A stretch of 64,000 nucleotides of DNA from Bernardetia sp. MNP-M8. Lineage in GTDB: Bacteria; Bacteroidota; Bacteroidia; Cytophagales; Bernardetiaceae. How positions within the stretch are numbered: position 1 is the stretch's first letter; every line of letters begins with the position of its first letter. Shown in pieces: positions 42,224 through 52,877 of this stretch. A program made the translations under genes and the position numbers. Under the pieces are notes generated by a model. The model worked only from the letters and a program-made list of their open reading frames with translations, did not search any database and had not been told where the DNA came from. The DNA is taken from contig NZ_CP147012.1 of the NCBI RefSeq assembly GCF_037126285.1, forward strand, positions 3,180,676 through 3,244,675, in the 5' to 3' direction.

Positions 42224-44152
42224 ATGAATCCTTCTAAATGGCTTTGGCTTGCTAGTCTTGCTTTTCTTCCCTTCTTATTTGCCAAAAATGGACAAACTCA
42301 AATTGATTCTGTTCTTTTCAGAACAACAGTTTGGAGTGTGGTCAATTTTTTAATTTTGGTTTTTAGCTTTAAAGAAATACCTTTTTCCATATTCAAAAAA
42401 ATAGGTATCGTTTCTTTTTTAGGTTATGCAGCAATCGGAATTTTTAGTTATTTCCTAGTTCATTTTTTATATGCTCCTTTTCAGCTTGAAGGAATTTCAG
42501 AGATTATACGACTGATTAATTGTTTTTTTTCCATCATTTTTTCTATTCATTTTATCAAAAAAGAAGAAAAATTACTGTCTTTACTTACCAAAATTATTTC
42601 GTTGCAAGCCGTCATTTTGGCAGTAATAGGGATTTTGCAATATATAGGAGCTTTGCAGAATTGTGCTGATGGAGTTGCTCCTTGTGGCTTTTTGGTCAAT
42701 CGGAATCTTTTTGGTTCATATTTGGTGTTAGGACTTCCTTTTGCTCTCTTGGGCTTTCAGAATGCAATTAAGAAGCAAAATAAAGAGGAAAATAATTTTA
42801 TTACCAGTATTTCTTATTTAGTTGGAATAATTTTTATTCTAATAGGAATTTATCTTTCTCAAACTCGTAGTGCTTATGTGGCAACAGCTTTTATAGGGCT
42901 TTTTTATGTGCTTTATTTCTTGCTCAATCTTCGCTTTTTGTATGTTGCGCTTACTGTTTTGGTTTTGGGAAGTGTTGGTGGTTTTGTGTTTTATAAATAT
43001 TCAATTTTAAATACTGGAAATTTTGACCAAAACTCTAAAGAAAAAAGTTGGAGAGATTTGACACAAACAGATAGCCAAGCAGAACGACTTTTACTTTGGG
43101 AAAAAACACTTTCAATGATAAAAGAAAATCCATTTTTAGGAGTAGGTTTTCAAAATTGGAAATATCAAATTCCCAAATATAGTTTGGAAGGACTCAGAAG
43201 TGAAAAAAATGAAGTTAATGTACAACGTCCTCACAATGATTTTCTGTGGATAGCTGCCGAAAGTGGAATTATTACACTGCTTTTTTATCTTTTTTTGATG
43301 AGCTATTTGGTTTATGTCGGAATAAAGAACAAAAATATTTTGGTGCTTGTTGTTTTTGCTTTTCTAATTGATTCTGTTTTTTCTTTTCCAAAAGAGCGAA
43401 TTGTCCATACACTAATTTTGGCTACCAGTATTGGAATTATTCTGATAGATGATAGAAAATTATTTAGTAAAAATTCTCTTTCAGAATCTAATACAAAGAA
43501 GGAAATTGATAAAATAGAAGAAATTAAGATAGAAGAAAAACCGATTATACAAAACTCAAAAAATAAGAAAAAAATTAAATCTAAAAATAAAAAAACAGGT
43601 TCAAAATCAGTTCAAAAACACATTGAAAAACCTAAAGTTATTCTTCCTACTTTCAAAACAATTCCTACTTATTTAGCCTATTTAAGTCTATTTGTATTAG
43701 CTATTTGTGTTTATATTTCCTTTGTTCAGAACCGAGATAAAGCCAAAACAATTGATTTACTTATCAATAATCAAAACCGAAATTTTAATGCTGTTTTGCC
43801 TTTGGCTGACCAAATAAATGACTATTTTGTGCCATCTGATTATTTTATCAATTCGGTTTATATGCATAAAGGTTATGCATATCTTAACTTAAAAAATCCC
43901 AAAGCTGCAAAAGAAAATTATCTAAAAGGATTAGAACAAATGCCTTATAGTATTGCACTTTTGAAACAAGTAGCTGTTCTTTATCAATCTGAAAAAAAAT
44001 ATGACAGTGCTATTTTTTATTACGATAAAATGCAAAAAATAATCCCTCATTTGCCTGAAACTTATCAACAGATGTATAATAATTATCTTCTGAAAAAGGA
44101 TACATTGAGTGCAAAGGAAATGATAGAAAAATGCCCTGCTCCTTGTAAGTAA
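42224..44152 (+). CDS. O-antigen ligase (Wzy_C) family membrane protein with C-terminal TPR region
   Basis: Multi-TM protein with NRNLFGSYLVLGLPFAL and PHNDFLWIAAESGIITLLFYLF (Wzy_C-like), plus TPR-like repeats at the C-terminus. Confidence 0.6.
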   Translation: MNPSKWLWLASLAFLPFLFAKNGQTQIDSVLFRTTVWSVVNFLILVFSFKEIPFSIFKKIGIVSFLGYAAIGIFSYFLVHFLYAPFQLEGISEIIRLINCFFSIIFSIHFIKKEEKLLSLLTKIISLQAVILAVIGILQYIGALQNCADGVAPCGFLVNRNLFGSYLVLGLPFALLGFQNAIKKQNKEENNFITSISYLVGIIFILIGIYLSQTRSAYVATAFIGLFYVLYFLLNLRFLYVALTVLVLGSVGGFVFYKYSILNTGNFDQNSKEKSWRDLTQTDSQAERLLLWEKTLSMIKENPFLGVGFQNWKYQIPKYSLEGLRSEKNEVNVQRPHNDFLWIAAESGIITLLFYLFLMSYLVYVGIKNKNILVLVVFAFLIDSVFSFPKERIVHTLILATSIGIILIDDRKLFSKNSLSESNTKKEIDKIEEIKIEEKPIIQNSKNKKKIKSKNKKTGSKSVQKHIEKPKVILPTFKTIPTYLAYLSLFVLAICVYISFVQNRDKAKTIDLLINNQNRNFNAVLPLADQINDYFVPSDYFINSVYMHKGYAYLNLKNPKAAKENYLKGLEQMPYSIALLKQVAVLYQSEKKYDSAIFYYDKMQKIIPHLPETYQQMYNNYLLKKDTLSAKEMIEKCPAPCK

Positions 44153-44348
44153 TATTCGTTGTTGGTGTCGCTACGCTAAAACACCAACAACAGCATAATA
44201 AACCAACTATTCAACACACAACCTGCAACAATTGAAAATTTTAGGAAGTAAATACTTTGTTGAAAATGACTAAATTTTCATTAAAATGCCTTTTTTGTGA
44301 AACAAAAAATTATCTATTACGTTCATCTGTTCTAAATACTTTTTATAA

Positions 44349-45524
44349 ATGAAAAAAAAATCACTTAAAAGGTCTGAAAAAACCTTTAAACAAAAATTGA
44401 AAATGTTTTTCAAACGAACTTTCTATACTCTTTTAGTTTTAACTATTATGCTTACAATTGCTACAAATCTTATTTTACGACAAGACAAATTTGGAAAACT
44501 TCCTGATGGAGAGCGTTTGGAACGCATCAAAAAATCGCCTAATTACAAGGATGGAGCTTTTCAAAATATTCATCATACCCCAGACCTTAGTGAAGATGCC
44601 AATTATTATACAGTTTTGAAAGAATTTGCTTTTGGAGATAAAAGCCGTGTTTCACCTGTCGATAAAATTCCTTCTACCAAAATTGATTTATTTGCTTTAG
44701 ATGCAACTGAAAATGTTTTAATTTGGTTTGGGCATTCGTCTTATTTTATGCAGCTTGACGGAAAAACGATTTTAGTTGATCCTGTTTTTAGTGGTTCGGC
44801 TTCTCCTTTTTCATTTACAGTAAAGGCTTTTAATGGAACAGATGCTTACACAACTGATGATATTCCAGAAATAGATTATCTCTTTATTTCGCATGACCAT
44901 TGGGATCATGTAGATTATGAAACGCTTTTAAAATTAAAACCAAAAATCAAGAATGTATTTTGTGGTTTAGGTGTGGGAGCACATTTTGAACATTGGGGAT
45001 TTGATTTGAATAAAATTCATGAAGAAGATTGGAATACAGAAATTAAGTTAGATGACAATTTTGAAGTTCATGTTATTCCAACTCGTCATTTTTCTGGTCG
45101 TGGTTTTAAGCGTAATCAAGCTCTTTGGGCTTCGTATGTTTTGAAAACGCCTACCATGCAAATTTATATTGGTGGAGATAGTGGTTATGATACACATTTC
45201 AAAGAAATGGGCGATAAATTCGGAGTTTTTGATTTGGTAATCTTAGAAAATGGACAATATGATAAAAGTTGGAAATACATTCATATGATGCCTGAGGAGG
45301 TCTTAAAAGCTGCTAAAGATTTGAATGCAAAACGTTTATTTCCTGTTCACTCTTCCAAATTTGCTCTTGCTAATCATGCTTGGGACGAACCTCTAACAAA
45401 AGTTTCCACACTGAATCAAAGTTTAGAAAAACCATTTTCTTTAGTAACTCCAATTATTGGAGAGAAAGTAGAAATTCAAAATAGCAATCAACCTTTTGAA
45501 AATTGGTGGAAAGGACTGCAATAA
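44349..45524 (+). CDS. MBL-fold metallo-hydrolase (NAPE-PLD-like)
   Basis: N-terminal TM plus ISHDHWDH metal-binding motif. Confidence 0.7.
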   Translation: MKKKSLKRSEKTFKQKLKMFFKRTFYTLLVLTIMLTIATNLILRQDKFGKLPDGERLERIKKSPNYKDGAFQNIHHTPDLSEDANYYTVLKEFAFGDKSRVSPVDKIPSTKIDLFALDATENVLIWFGHSSYFMQLDGKTILVDPVFSGSASPFSFTVKAFNGTDAYTTDDIPEIDYLFISHDHWDHVDYETLLKLKPKIKNVFCGLGVGAHFEHWGFDLNKIHEEDWNTEIKLDDNFEVHVIPTRHFSGRGFKRNQALWASYVLKTPTMQIYIGGDSGYDTHFKEMGDKFGVFDLVILENGQYDKSWKYIHMMPEEVLKAAKDLNAKRLFPVHSSKFALANHAWDEPLTKVSTLNQSLEKPFSLVTPIIGEKVEIQNSNQPFENWWKGLQ

Positions 45525-45595
45525 ATGAAGTTGTTTAAAAGTAAAAAAGGCTTTTTTCTATTCTTAAACAACTTCAATAAATATTTATCACTTAT

Positions 45596-46054
45596 TTATT
45601 CGGCAATTGAAACTACATTGTTTTTATGTGTTACCCAATCTTTAGCTTCTTGCAATTGGTCAGGATTAAAAAAGTCGATATGAATATTAGGTTTAAAACT
45701 TGTTATTGAATTTTTAATAATACTTGTAACAGCTTTTTCTAGTGCATTAGATGAACTTATAACAGCACAATAGATATTATTTTGGCTTAAAATAGAATGA
45801 GCTTTTTTAGTCACATAAGAAACAAACCAAATTCTGCTTTTTACTTGAGTAGATTTTTGCTTACTCAAATCGAAAATGATGCTATTATATTTGTATTCTT
45901 CGACTACTTCTAAAAACTTAAGATTTGTAGTAGTATGAAACTCTTGAGTAATATCACCTCCTGTACTGATAAGAAGATATTTCTTTTGTTCATCAATATA
46001 AATTCTGTAAAAAGCATTTTGCTTTTCGTCTTTGTTTTGGTAAATCAGTTTCAT
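45596..46054 (-). CDS. hypothetical protein
   Basis: A clean ORF with no recognisable motif. Confidence 0.35.
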   Translation of the reverse strand: MKLIYQNKDEKQNAFYRIYIDEQKKYLLISTGGDITQEFHTTTNLKFLEVVEEYKYNSIIFDLSKQKSTQVKSRIWFVSYVTKKAHSILSQNNIYCAVISSSNALEKAVTSIIKNSITSFKPNIHIDFFNPDQLQEAKDWVTHKNNVVSIAE

Positions 46055-46241
46055 AAAAGTTAAAAGTAAAATTAGAGTTAAAATAAAAAGAGAATTTTTT
46101 TAAAAAGGAAGTTTACCTTTTTTGTTATCTTAATTTTAGTGTTTTAGCAAATTAATAACAGCACCAAGTTTTCACTGTGTGAACTCGTTTTTTTCTAGTT
46201 TAGGGTTTATAAACTCTAAGCAAAATAAAATACTCTTTGGT

Positions 46242-47510
46242 CTAACAAATATTTTTTGAAAGTCCTAAATTTGTAAAATGAATTTCTTTCTTTTCCTCAG
46301 TAAAATTTTCTTTTAGTTTTCCGATTGGTAAAATATTACCTTTACATTGAAGGGTTGCAGCACTTAAATTAAACCTTTCAAAGGCATTATAATAAACATT
46401 TATCTGCTCTGATGATGGTATTCCCAAAATTGAAGGCAGACTATTATCCAAATGTTTCAAGAGTCCTTCTGCCATACAACACCACGAAGTAGTTGTTCCA
46501 TTTTCATCATGATTAGCAAAATCAAAAGGAAAATCTGACAAATAACCTATAGTAGAGCAATCTATTAGACCTGCTTCACAAGGAACTATATCATTTTTTT
46601 CAATTACTCTCCCCCACGCTTCTTCTCTGTTCCAACAGTAAGGCTGACTATCATCTATCAATATTCTATTGGCAGGAATATCAGCAATTTGTATTACATC
46701 TTTACTGCTTACAGCACTGATTAATACCTTACTCTCATAAATAATACTGTCCTCTTTAATAGTCCCATCGTTATTTGTTGTCTCTAAAAGAACAGGAATA
46801 TTAGTTATTAATTCTAATTCTTTTTTCAGATTAATTAATTCTGTTTCTTTACTAGGCTTATCTATGAGCAGCAAATAGTTGAGTTTCTTTTCTTTATTTA
46901 TTAAAAGTCTTGCAAAAGCAGTTCCTACACTTCCTACTCCAAGTAGAGATATACCTTCATTTTGCATATCTACACCTAATTCATCTATCACTTTTTTATA
47001 TGTCTTGTAGATAGAAATTGATGTAAGAGCATGCCCAGTAGTAATCTGGATTGGGTAATCCTTAAGAGCTTTTTTGAGATGTCTTCCATACCCTAATAGA
47101 GATGCTGTTAAGCCTCCTAAACAAACTATTTTTGTTTGTGACACAATTAACATTCTTACTACTTCACTCTCTATTAATAATCTTACCTTGCTTCTTGTAA
47201 CAGGGTTGATTATTTTCTCAGCTAAACTAGGTATAAATAAAATTCCTACATTCAAATTATTAGTTCTGATTACCTCTCCAAAAACAGGTCTCATACATCC
47301 TAATAATTCAGCTTTTTCTTCAAGAGAAATTTTGTTTGCCCAAGGCAATAAACGAACTACATCTTCTTCATCTCTAGGATGAGTAAGAAGAACTACATCT
47401 AATTCTTTTGGTATATCATTGTACATAAGGCAATTTGAGCTTATTGTTTTTTTGTAAGTAATTGTTGGTTGTGTAGTAAAATTGTTTTTTATGTGGTTTG
47501 AAAAGTACAA
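46242..47510 (-). CDS. putative NAD(P)-dependent oxidoreductase with a shikimate-dehydrogenase-like fold, resembling cyanobacterial acyl-ACP reductase (AAR)
   Basis: VLLTHPRDEED, IVCLGGLTASL and LLGVGSVGTAFARLL parallel the AAR blocks GLIGHLTS, ISALGGFTSI and VVGATGDIGSAV. The true start is probably the Met at 47426. Confidence 0.3.
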   Translation of the reverse strand: MYFSNHIKNNFTTQPTITYKKTISSNCLMYNDIPKELDVVLLTHPRDEEDVVRLLPWANKISLEEKAELLGCMRPVFGEVIRTNNLNVGILFIPSLAEKIINPVTRSKVRLLIESEVVRMLIVSQTKIVCLGGLTASLLGYGRHLKKALKDYPIQITTGHALTSISIYKTYKKVIDELGVDMQNEGISLLGVGSVGTAFARLLINKEKKLNYLLLIDKPSKETELINLKKELELITNIPVLLETTNNDGTIKEDSIIYESKVLISAVSSKDVIQIADIPANRILIDDSQPYCWNREEAWGRVIEKNDIVPCEAGLIDCSTIGYLSDFPFDFANHDENGTTTSWCCMAEGLLKHLDNSLPSILGIPSSEQINVYYNAFERFNLSAATLQCKGNILPIGKLKENFTEEKKEIHFTNLGLSKNIC

Positions 47511-48139
47511 TAAGGTTTGTGTTTTGTAAAATAACTAAAAAGCCATACCTTTGACCTTATTGATAGTTCTCAAAAGTAATAAAAAATGACTTCTCTAACA
47601 AATTAAAAATACAATATTTTATTGAAAAGGTTATAAATTTTAAAAAATGCTTGTTTTTCGACTGTTTGTAATCTTAGTATGTTTATAATTTTGCTGCAAG
47701 TCGCAATCTAAAGAAGATAGTTTTGGTGATTTTTGAAGTTTTATAATCAATAAATGTAATTTAATTTATTGATTTACAGGTTTTTGTGGATTCTGAGAAG
47801 ATATTTTAACTTGTGAAAGAGGGGAAAAAAGTGTTCAAATAAATCATATTTGTATAGACCTAATTGAAAGATTTTACTAAATAAGCAAAACAGTTTGCTA
47901 AAATCATAACATAAAATAATACCATAACTAGAATGCATAAATATATAGCAATCTAAAATAATCTTTTTGTGAAAAGACTAATTTGTTACAAAAAAAATCT
48001 GTATAAATTTGTGATGTATAGCCAACGAAAAAAGAGCCAAAAATTTAACTTGAACTTATTTGGATTCAGATAAATAGGTAAAATAAATACAATTTTTAAA
48101 AGAGTTTGTGTAGTATTTTTATAATACAAAAAAAAATAT

Positions 48140-49576
48140 TTATTTATGTTCCAATTCTACCACAAAAAAAGCAGCTGTTCCTTTTAGCGAACTAGTAGAA
48201 AATTTTACTTCATTTTGAGAATAAGCAACTTCATTTGTACTGACTAATTTATTTCCTAAAACTTGCTCTAAACCTTCTTTAAGTGTGCCTTTTCGCTGTC
48301 CTAACTTCTGATAAATATCATTTATATCTAAAGGATAACGAGAATAAATAACACAAAAGTAATCTGTTCCAGCTACATTATCCATCGTTAGATAATGTTT
48401 TTCATCTGGAAAAGCAATTTCGCCATTATGATAAGGCAAAAATGGACTTATATAAGCTTTATGAGGAAAAACAACTTGTACGTTTTTGGTTTTATCAGTT
48501 GCAAAAGCATATACATAAGCAGGTTCGAAATTAGAAAGATAAAGACGGAAATTTGTGCCTCCACTAAAAGGTTGAGGTGTTTTGTAAGTAGCAACTCCGT
48601 TCTTTTTTAACTCAATTTTGTTTCCATTGGCAAGTTCAAAACGCAGACTCCCAGCTAGTAAAGGACGTTCTTTTTTAGGTTTATAATAAGGCACAAGTTC
48701 ATACGCAAAACGCACAAAATCAGTAAACGTATCATATTCTATCCACGTAAAACCACCATTTGCCCAGCCTGTTCCCCAACTGTTCATTATTTCAAAAGAA
48801 CCTTTTTCTCCTTTTTTATCATCAAAGCCAACGACACAAATAGCGTGTCCTCCCCATCCTTGACCAGCTATTTCAGTAGGTCGCCAAAATTCTTGTGCTT
48901 GATAAATTGAAGGAGGTGCTTCCATTCCTACTACAACAGGATTTCCTTCTGTCAAACTTTTTTTGAGTGCCAAAATTCGTTCTTCTTGTGTAAAACCAAT
49001 ATTCCACAAACGTACATAATCTTTTAGTTTATACTCTTCGGCTTCTTTGTAGGTTCTCTCAGGGACATAATCGACACATTGCTCAGGAAAACTACTGCGT
49101 TTTGCTACGCCATGAACCTGCATTTTTTTGAGTGCATCGGTCATAATTGCACCATACGTACAATCTTGGTCTTCTTCTTCTTTTACTAATTTATAAATAA
49201 ATCCAGGGGAAAAAATGAGTTTGTCAATTTCGGCTTGTGAACGCAAATCTAATTGACGAGCTTCTAAAATCGTTCTTGCTGCATACGCTGTCGTCCAACC
49301 TACACATGTTCCATAACTTCCTTGGTCTCCAGGGGTTGGACAGTATTGTTTGAGTGAAACAGCAGAAGGTAGACCACGATAACTTTCTTCTGTTTGCTGA
49401 GATTTTAATTGAATTTTTTGACTTTCCTTTACTTCTTCTTCTAATAACAAACCTCTTCCATGATTATCAGCATTTGGCTTTTGTTGAGCAAAAAGTGAAA
49501 TAGAACTAAAAAAAGCAATCAAAAACAAACTTAAAAAAGCATATTTTGAACTATATTTATAAAATAAAACTTTCAT
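48140..49576 (-). CDS. secreted papain-like (C1) cysteine peptidase with a C-terminal extra domain
   Basis: Signal peptide, the catalytic Cys block QGSYGTCVGWTTAYAAR, and the His block GWGGHAICVVGFDD. Confidence 0.75.
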   Translation of the reverse strand: MKVLFYKYSSKYAFLSLFLIAFFSSISLFAQQKPNADNHGRGLLLEEEVKESQKIQLKSQQTEESYRGLPSAVSLKQYCPTPGDQGSYGTCVGWTTAYAARTILEARQLDLRSQAEIDKLIFSPGFIYKLVKEEEDQDCTYGAIMTDALKKMQVHGVAKRSSFPEQCVDYVPERTYKEAEEYKLKDYVRLWNIGFTQEERILALKKSLTEGNPVVVGMEAPPSIYQAQEFWRPTEIAGQGWGGHAICVVGFDDKKGEKGSFEIMNSWGTGWANGGFTWIEYDTFTDFVRFAYELVPYYKPKKERPLLAGSLRFELANGNKIELKKNGVATYKTPQPFSGGTNFRLYLSNFEPAYVYAFATDKTKNVQVVFPHKAYISPFLPYHNGEIAFPDEKHYLTMDNVAGTDYFCVIYSRYPLDINDIYQKLGQRKGTLKEGLEQVLGNKLVSTNEVAYSQNEVKFSTSSLKGTAAFFVVELEHK

Positions 49577-49909
49577 TTGGATAGAATTTATACGTAAAAC
49601 AGACTTCCTAGTCTGTTGGGAATACTATATTTTGCACAGACTGGGAAGTCTGTGATACATTTTATACCAAAACGCAAAAGTAATGCCTTCATTGTATTCC
49701 TGTAGCTGACACTTTTCAAGTGTCATAATTGTAATAGCTCTCTCCTGCTTGAAATTTTTGGTCAAGTTTTTTTTAGATTTGCAGAGATAATAGTAAATAA
49801 AAAAGACCCACACTTGCAAGTCTGAATATCTGCTAAACTGATAAATCAACGCTTAACAGCTTGTTTTTTCAATTTACTCCAACGAGTGAAGTGAGGTGTA
49901 GATTTTCTT

Positions 49910-50233
49910 TTATTTATTGTTTTCATTAATCTCAACAGCTTGACCATTGATTACTCTGTATGTTTGAATTGGAGTTAAAGTAATAATATCATATCCTTTT
50001 CTTGTTGCGATTGTCTTAAAAGTCGAACCCTCTTTTAAACTACCAGTCCAATTTCCTAAGTATTGATAACTATCTTCAATCTCGTCTATTTCTTCAACGA
50101 ATGTTGAATCTTTATAGAGTTTTAAAATTTTATGTTCAACATCTGTATCTATTTGAAATACTTTTATTGGTTTTTCACAAGAAGTTAATGTCAAAATCAC
50201 CAAGGTAAATATTGAGAATAAGTATATTTTCAT
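49910..50233 (-). CDS. small hypothetical lipoprotein
   Basis: MKIYLFSIFTLVILTLTSC lipobox. Confidence 0.45.
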   Translation of the reverse strand: MKIYLFSIFTLVILTLTSCEKPIKVFQIDTDVEHKILKLYKDSTFVEEIDEIEDSYQYLGNWTGSLKEGSTFKTIATRKGYDIITLTPIQTYRVINGQAVEINENNK

Positions 50234-50476
50234 AGTGGTAGTGTATATGAAATATCGCAGATTTTATGTGCTAAATTTGTAATTTGTTTGAGAATGTACT
50301 TTTGTTTCTCGTTAGGTTTCATGAATTTGTATTTTGCTGTTACAAAACAATAGATACAAATCTAAAAAATAATGTAGTAGAAAAACACTAGAAAATCTAA
50401 AACTGAACTTAAATTTACATTTATTTGCTTTGATGGGGTGATTTTCCTTATTCTTTAAAAAACATTATTACAACTT

Positions 50477-51550
50477 ATGATAAACCTAGAAACACTAAAA
50501 AAAGAAAATTTAATCCTCTTAGAAGCACTTGCAGGAAGTAAAGCCTACGGAACAGATTTGCCTACTTCTGACACAGATATAAAAGGAATTTTTATTCTAC
50601 CAAAAGAAAAATTTTATGGTTTGGAGTATATTCCACAAGTGAGCGATGAGAAAAATGATGTTGTTTTTTATGAAATAAAACGTTTTATAGAACTTTTATC
50701 AAAAAATAATCCGTCTGCGATTGAGATTTTTCATACTGCCAAAGAAGATATTATCTACAAAAACCCAATTCTTGATCTTATAAAGTCAGAAGACATTTTA
50801 TCAAAATTATGTAGAGATACCTTTGCTGGTTATGTCCTTACTCAAATCAAAAAAGCAAAAGGACTAAAAAAGAAAATTTTTAATCCGATGCCAAAAGAAC
50901 GAAAAAAGGTATTAGATTTTTGTTATATCCTAACTGATAACGGAAGTATTTCTCTTCAAAAATGGCTCAAAACAAACGATTACAAACAAGAAAATTGTGG
51001 TCTTTCGTCAGTAAATCATATCAAAAATACGTATTTACTTTTTTATCATAATCAAAATGAACAAAATGACTTTTATTATAAAGGAATTCTGAAAAATATA
51101 GATTCGAATGAAGTCAGTTTGAGTAGTATTCCGAAAGGAGAAAATCCGATTGCTTATTTGTATTTCAATAAAGAAGGCTATGCAGCACATTGTAAAGAAT
51201 ACAAACAATATTGGGAATGGGTAGAAAAGCGAAATGACACACGCTATGAAAACACACTTGAACATGGCAAAAATTATGATGCAAAAAATATGATGCACAC
51301 TTTTCGTCTTTTAGATATGGCAATTGAGATTTTAGAGAAAAAAGAAGTCATTGTAAAACGTCCAAATAGAGAAGAATTACTAAAAATCCGAAGTGGTTTT
51401 TTTACGTATGAAGAACTGATTGAGAAAGCAGACCATAAAATTGAACTCCTAGAAAAAGCCTATCAAAATTCTACTTTACCAGAATTTCCAAATGTAGAAA
51501 ATTTAGAAAAGGCTTTGATTGAAATTAGAAGTAAGTTTTCCCACGAATAA
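50477..51550 (+). CDS. predicted nucleotidyltransferase (RlaP / PF10127-like minimal NTase) with a C-terminal extension
   Basis: LLEALAGSKAYGTDLPTSDTDIKGIFILP is the G[SG]..Y(x)nD.D NTase signature. Downstream, DVVFYEIKRFIELLSKNNPSAIEIF matches my recollection of PF10127. Confidence 0.6.
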   Translation: MINLETLKKENLILLEALAGSKAYGTDLPTSDTDIKGIFILPKEKFYGLEYIPQVSDEKNDVVFYEIKRFIELLSKNNPSAIEIFHTAKEDIIYKNPILDLIKSEDILSKLCRDTFAGYVLTQIKKAKGLKKKIFNPMPKERKKVLDFCYILTDNGSISLQKWLKTNDYKQENCGLSSVNHIKNTYLLFYHNQNEQNDFYYKGILKNIDSNEVSLSSIPKGENPIAYLYFNKEGYAAHCKEYKQYWEWVEKRNDTRYENTLEHGKNYDAKNMMHTFRLLDMAIEILEKKEVIVKRPNREELLKIRSGFFTYEELIEKADHKIELLEKAYQNSTLPEFPNVENLEKALIEIRSKFSHE

Positions 51551-51742
51551 ATTTGTGGGTTTTATTTAGATAATCAAAAATAAATGTTATTTTTTTTGGC
51601 AATGCCCTTTTAAAATGCGTTTTTTGTTAGAATTATGATTTGATATAAAAGTTGTTTCGTTTTTATGAATCATCAAATTAAAATTGTAATTAGATACACT
51701 GATTATTTCATAATTCGTAATTTTTAATTCGTAATTGTTACC

Positions 51743-52747
51743 ATGGCAGCTACCAAACTCGCTTTTTTTCGCTATTTGCTTATCGACCAAATGTTACGCA
51801 GCAAATTCAAACCTTTTCCTACCAAAGATGAATTGTTGGAAGCCTGTCGTGAGCGTTTTGGAGTTTCATCGGCTTCTACCATCGAAAAAGATTTGGCTGC
51901 TATGCGTGACGAATTTGATGCACCAATTGAGTACAGCAAAAAAATGAGAGGTTATTCGTATTCAGATACAAAGTACAAATTTTTGTCTGTCAATCTTTCT
52001 GACGATGAGCAACTGGCTATGGCTTTTGTAGAATCTCTTTTGGGAGAGTTTAGAGAACTTCCTATTTTTAATGAGTTTTCAGGGGCAGTAGATAAAGTCT
52101 TGGACGGAATGGAAATTGCCAAAAGCTCTGAAATACAAAAAAATGTACAGCGAATTATTCAAGTCGAACAATCGATTTATAAAGGAAAAGGAACGCACCA
52201 ACTCAAAGATTTAATTTATCATATTTCAGAGCAGAATGTCATCAAAATATTCTATCAAAAACACAACGAACCACACACAAAACCATACAGCATTCATCCT
52301 TATTTGCTCAAAGAATACCGAAATATGTGGTATTTGATTGGTTGGGTACGCAAATATAACGAAGTCAGAACCTTTGGTTTGGATAGAATAATGGACATAG
52401 AACCCTCCGATGAAACTCTTTTTATGACTCCAGAACAAGCTCATTTTAATCCAGAAGAATTTTATCATTATTGTATTGGCGTTTCGGCTCTCAACCAAAA
52501 GCCAGAAGATGTAATTTTGAGTTTTGACCCTTTTCAAGGAAAATATATCAAATCACAACCTATTCATCACACCCAAGAAGTTTTGATAGAAGATGATAAT
52601 GAATACAGAATCCGTCTGCATTTGATTGTCAATTACGAACTCAAAATGTTGATTTTGGGCTATGGCTCGTCCGTTCGTGTGATTAGTCCTTCTCCTCTTG
52701 AAAAGCAAATTCGTGCAGAGCTTCAAAATACATTGCAGCAGTATTGA
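51743..52747 (+). CDS. WYL-domain transcriptional regulator (HTH-WYL-WCX; BrxR/CapW-like architecture)
   Basis: N-terminal HTH (LAFFRYLLIDQMLRSKFKPFPTKDELLEACRERFGVSSASTIEKDLAAMRDEF). The WYL core is IHPYLLKEYRNMWYLIGW. Length is 334 aa. Confidence 0.75.
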   Translation: MAATKLAFFRYLLIDQMLRSKFKPFPTKDELLEACRERFGVSSASTIEKDLAAMRDEFDAPIEYSKKMRGYSYSDTKYKFLSVNLSDDEQLAMAFVESLLGEFRELPIFNEFSGAVDKVLDGMEIAKSSEIQKNVQRIIQVEQSIYKGKGTHQLKDLIYHISEQNVIKIFYQKHNEPHTKPYSIHPYLLKEYRNMWYLIGWVRKYNEVRTFGLDRIMDIEPSDETLFMTPEQAHFNPEEFYHYCIGVSALNQKPEDVILSFDPFQGKYIKSQPIHHTQEVLIEDDNEYRIRLHLIVNYELKMLILGYGSSVRVISPSPLEKQIRAELQNTLQQY

Positions 52748-52877
52748 TTTTTTATAAAACTTTGTCAGTCGTTTTTTTTGGTAATCCAAAATAACTCTGA
52801 CGTAGGGTGTTCAGAATTTCAAAAATTTTTCCTGCAAAAAATGATTCGTTGAAATCATTTTATTTTCTTAGAAATTT

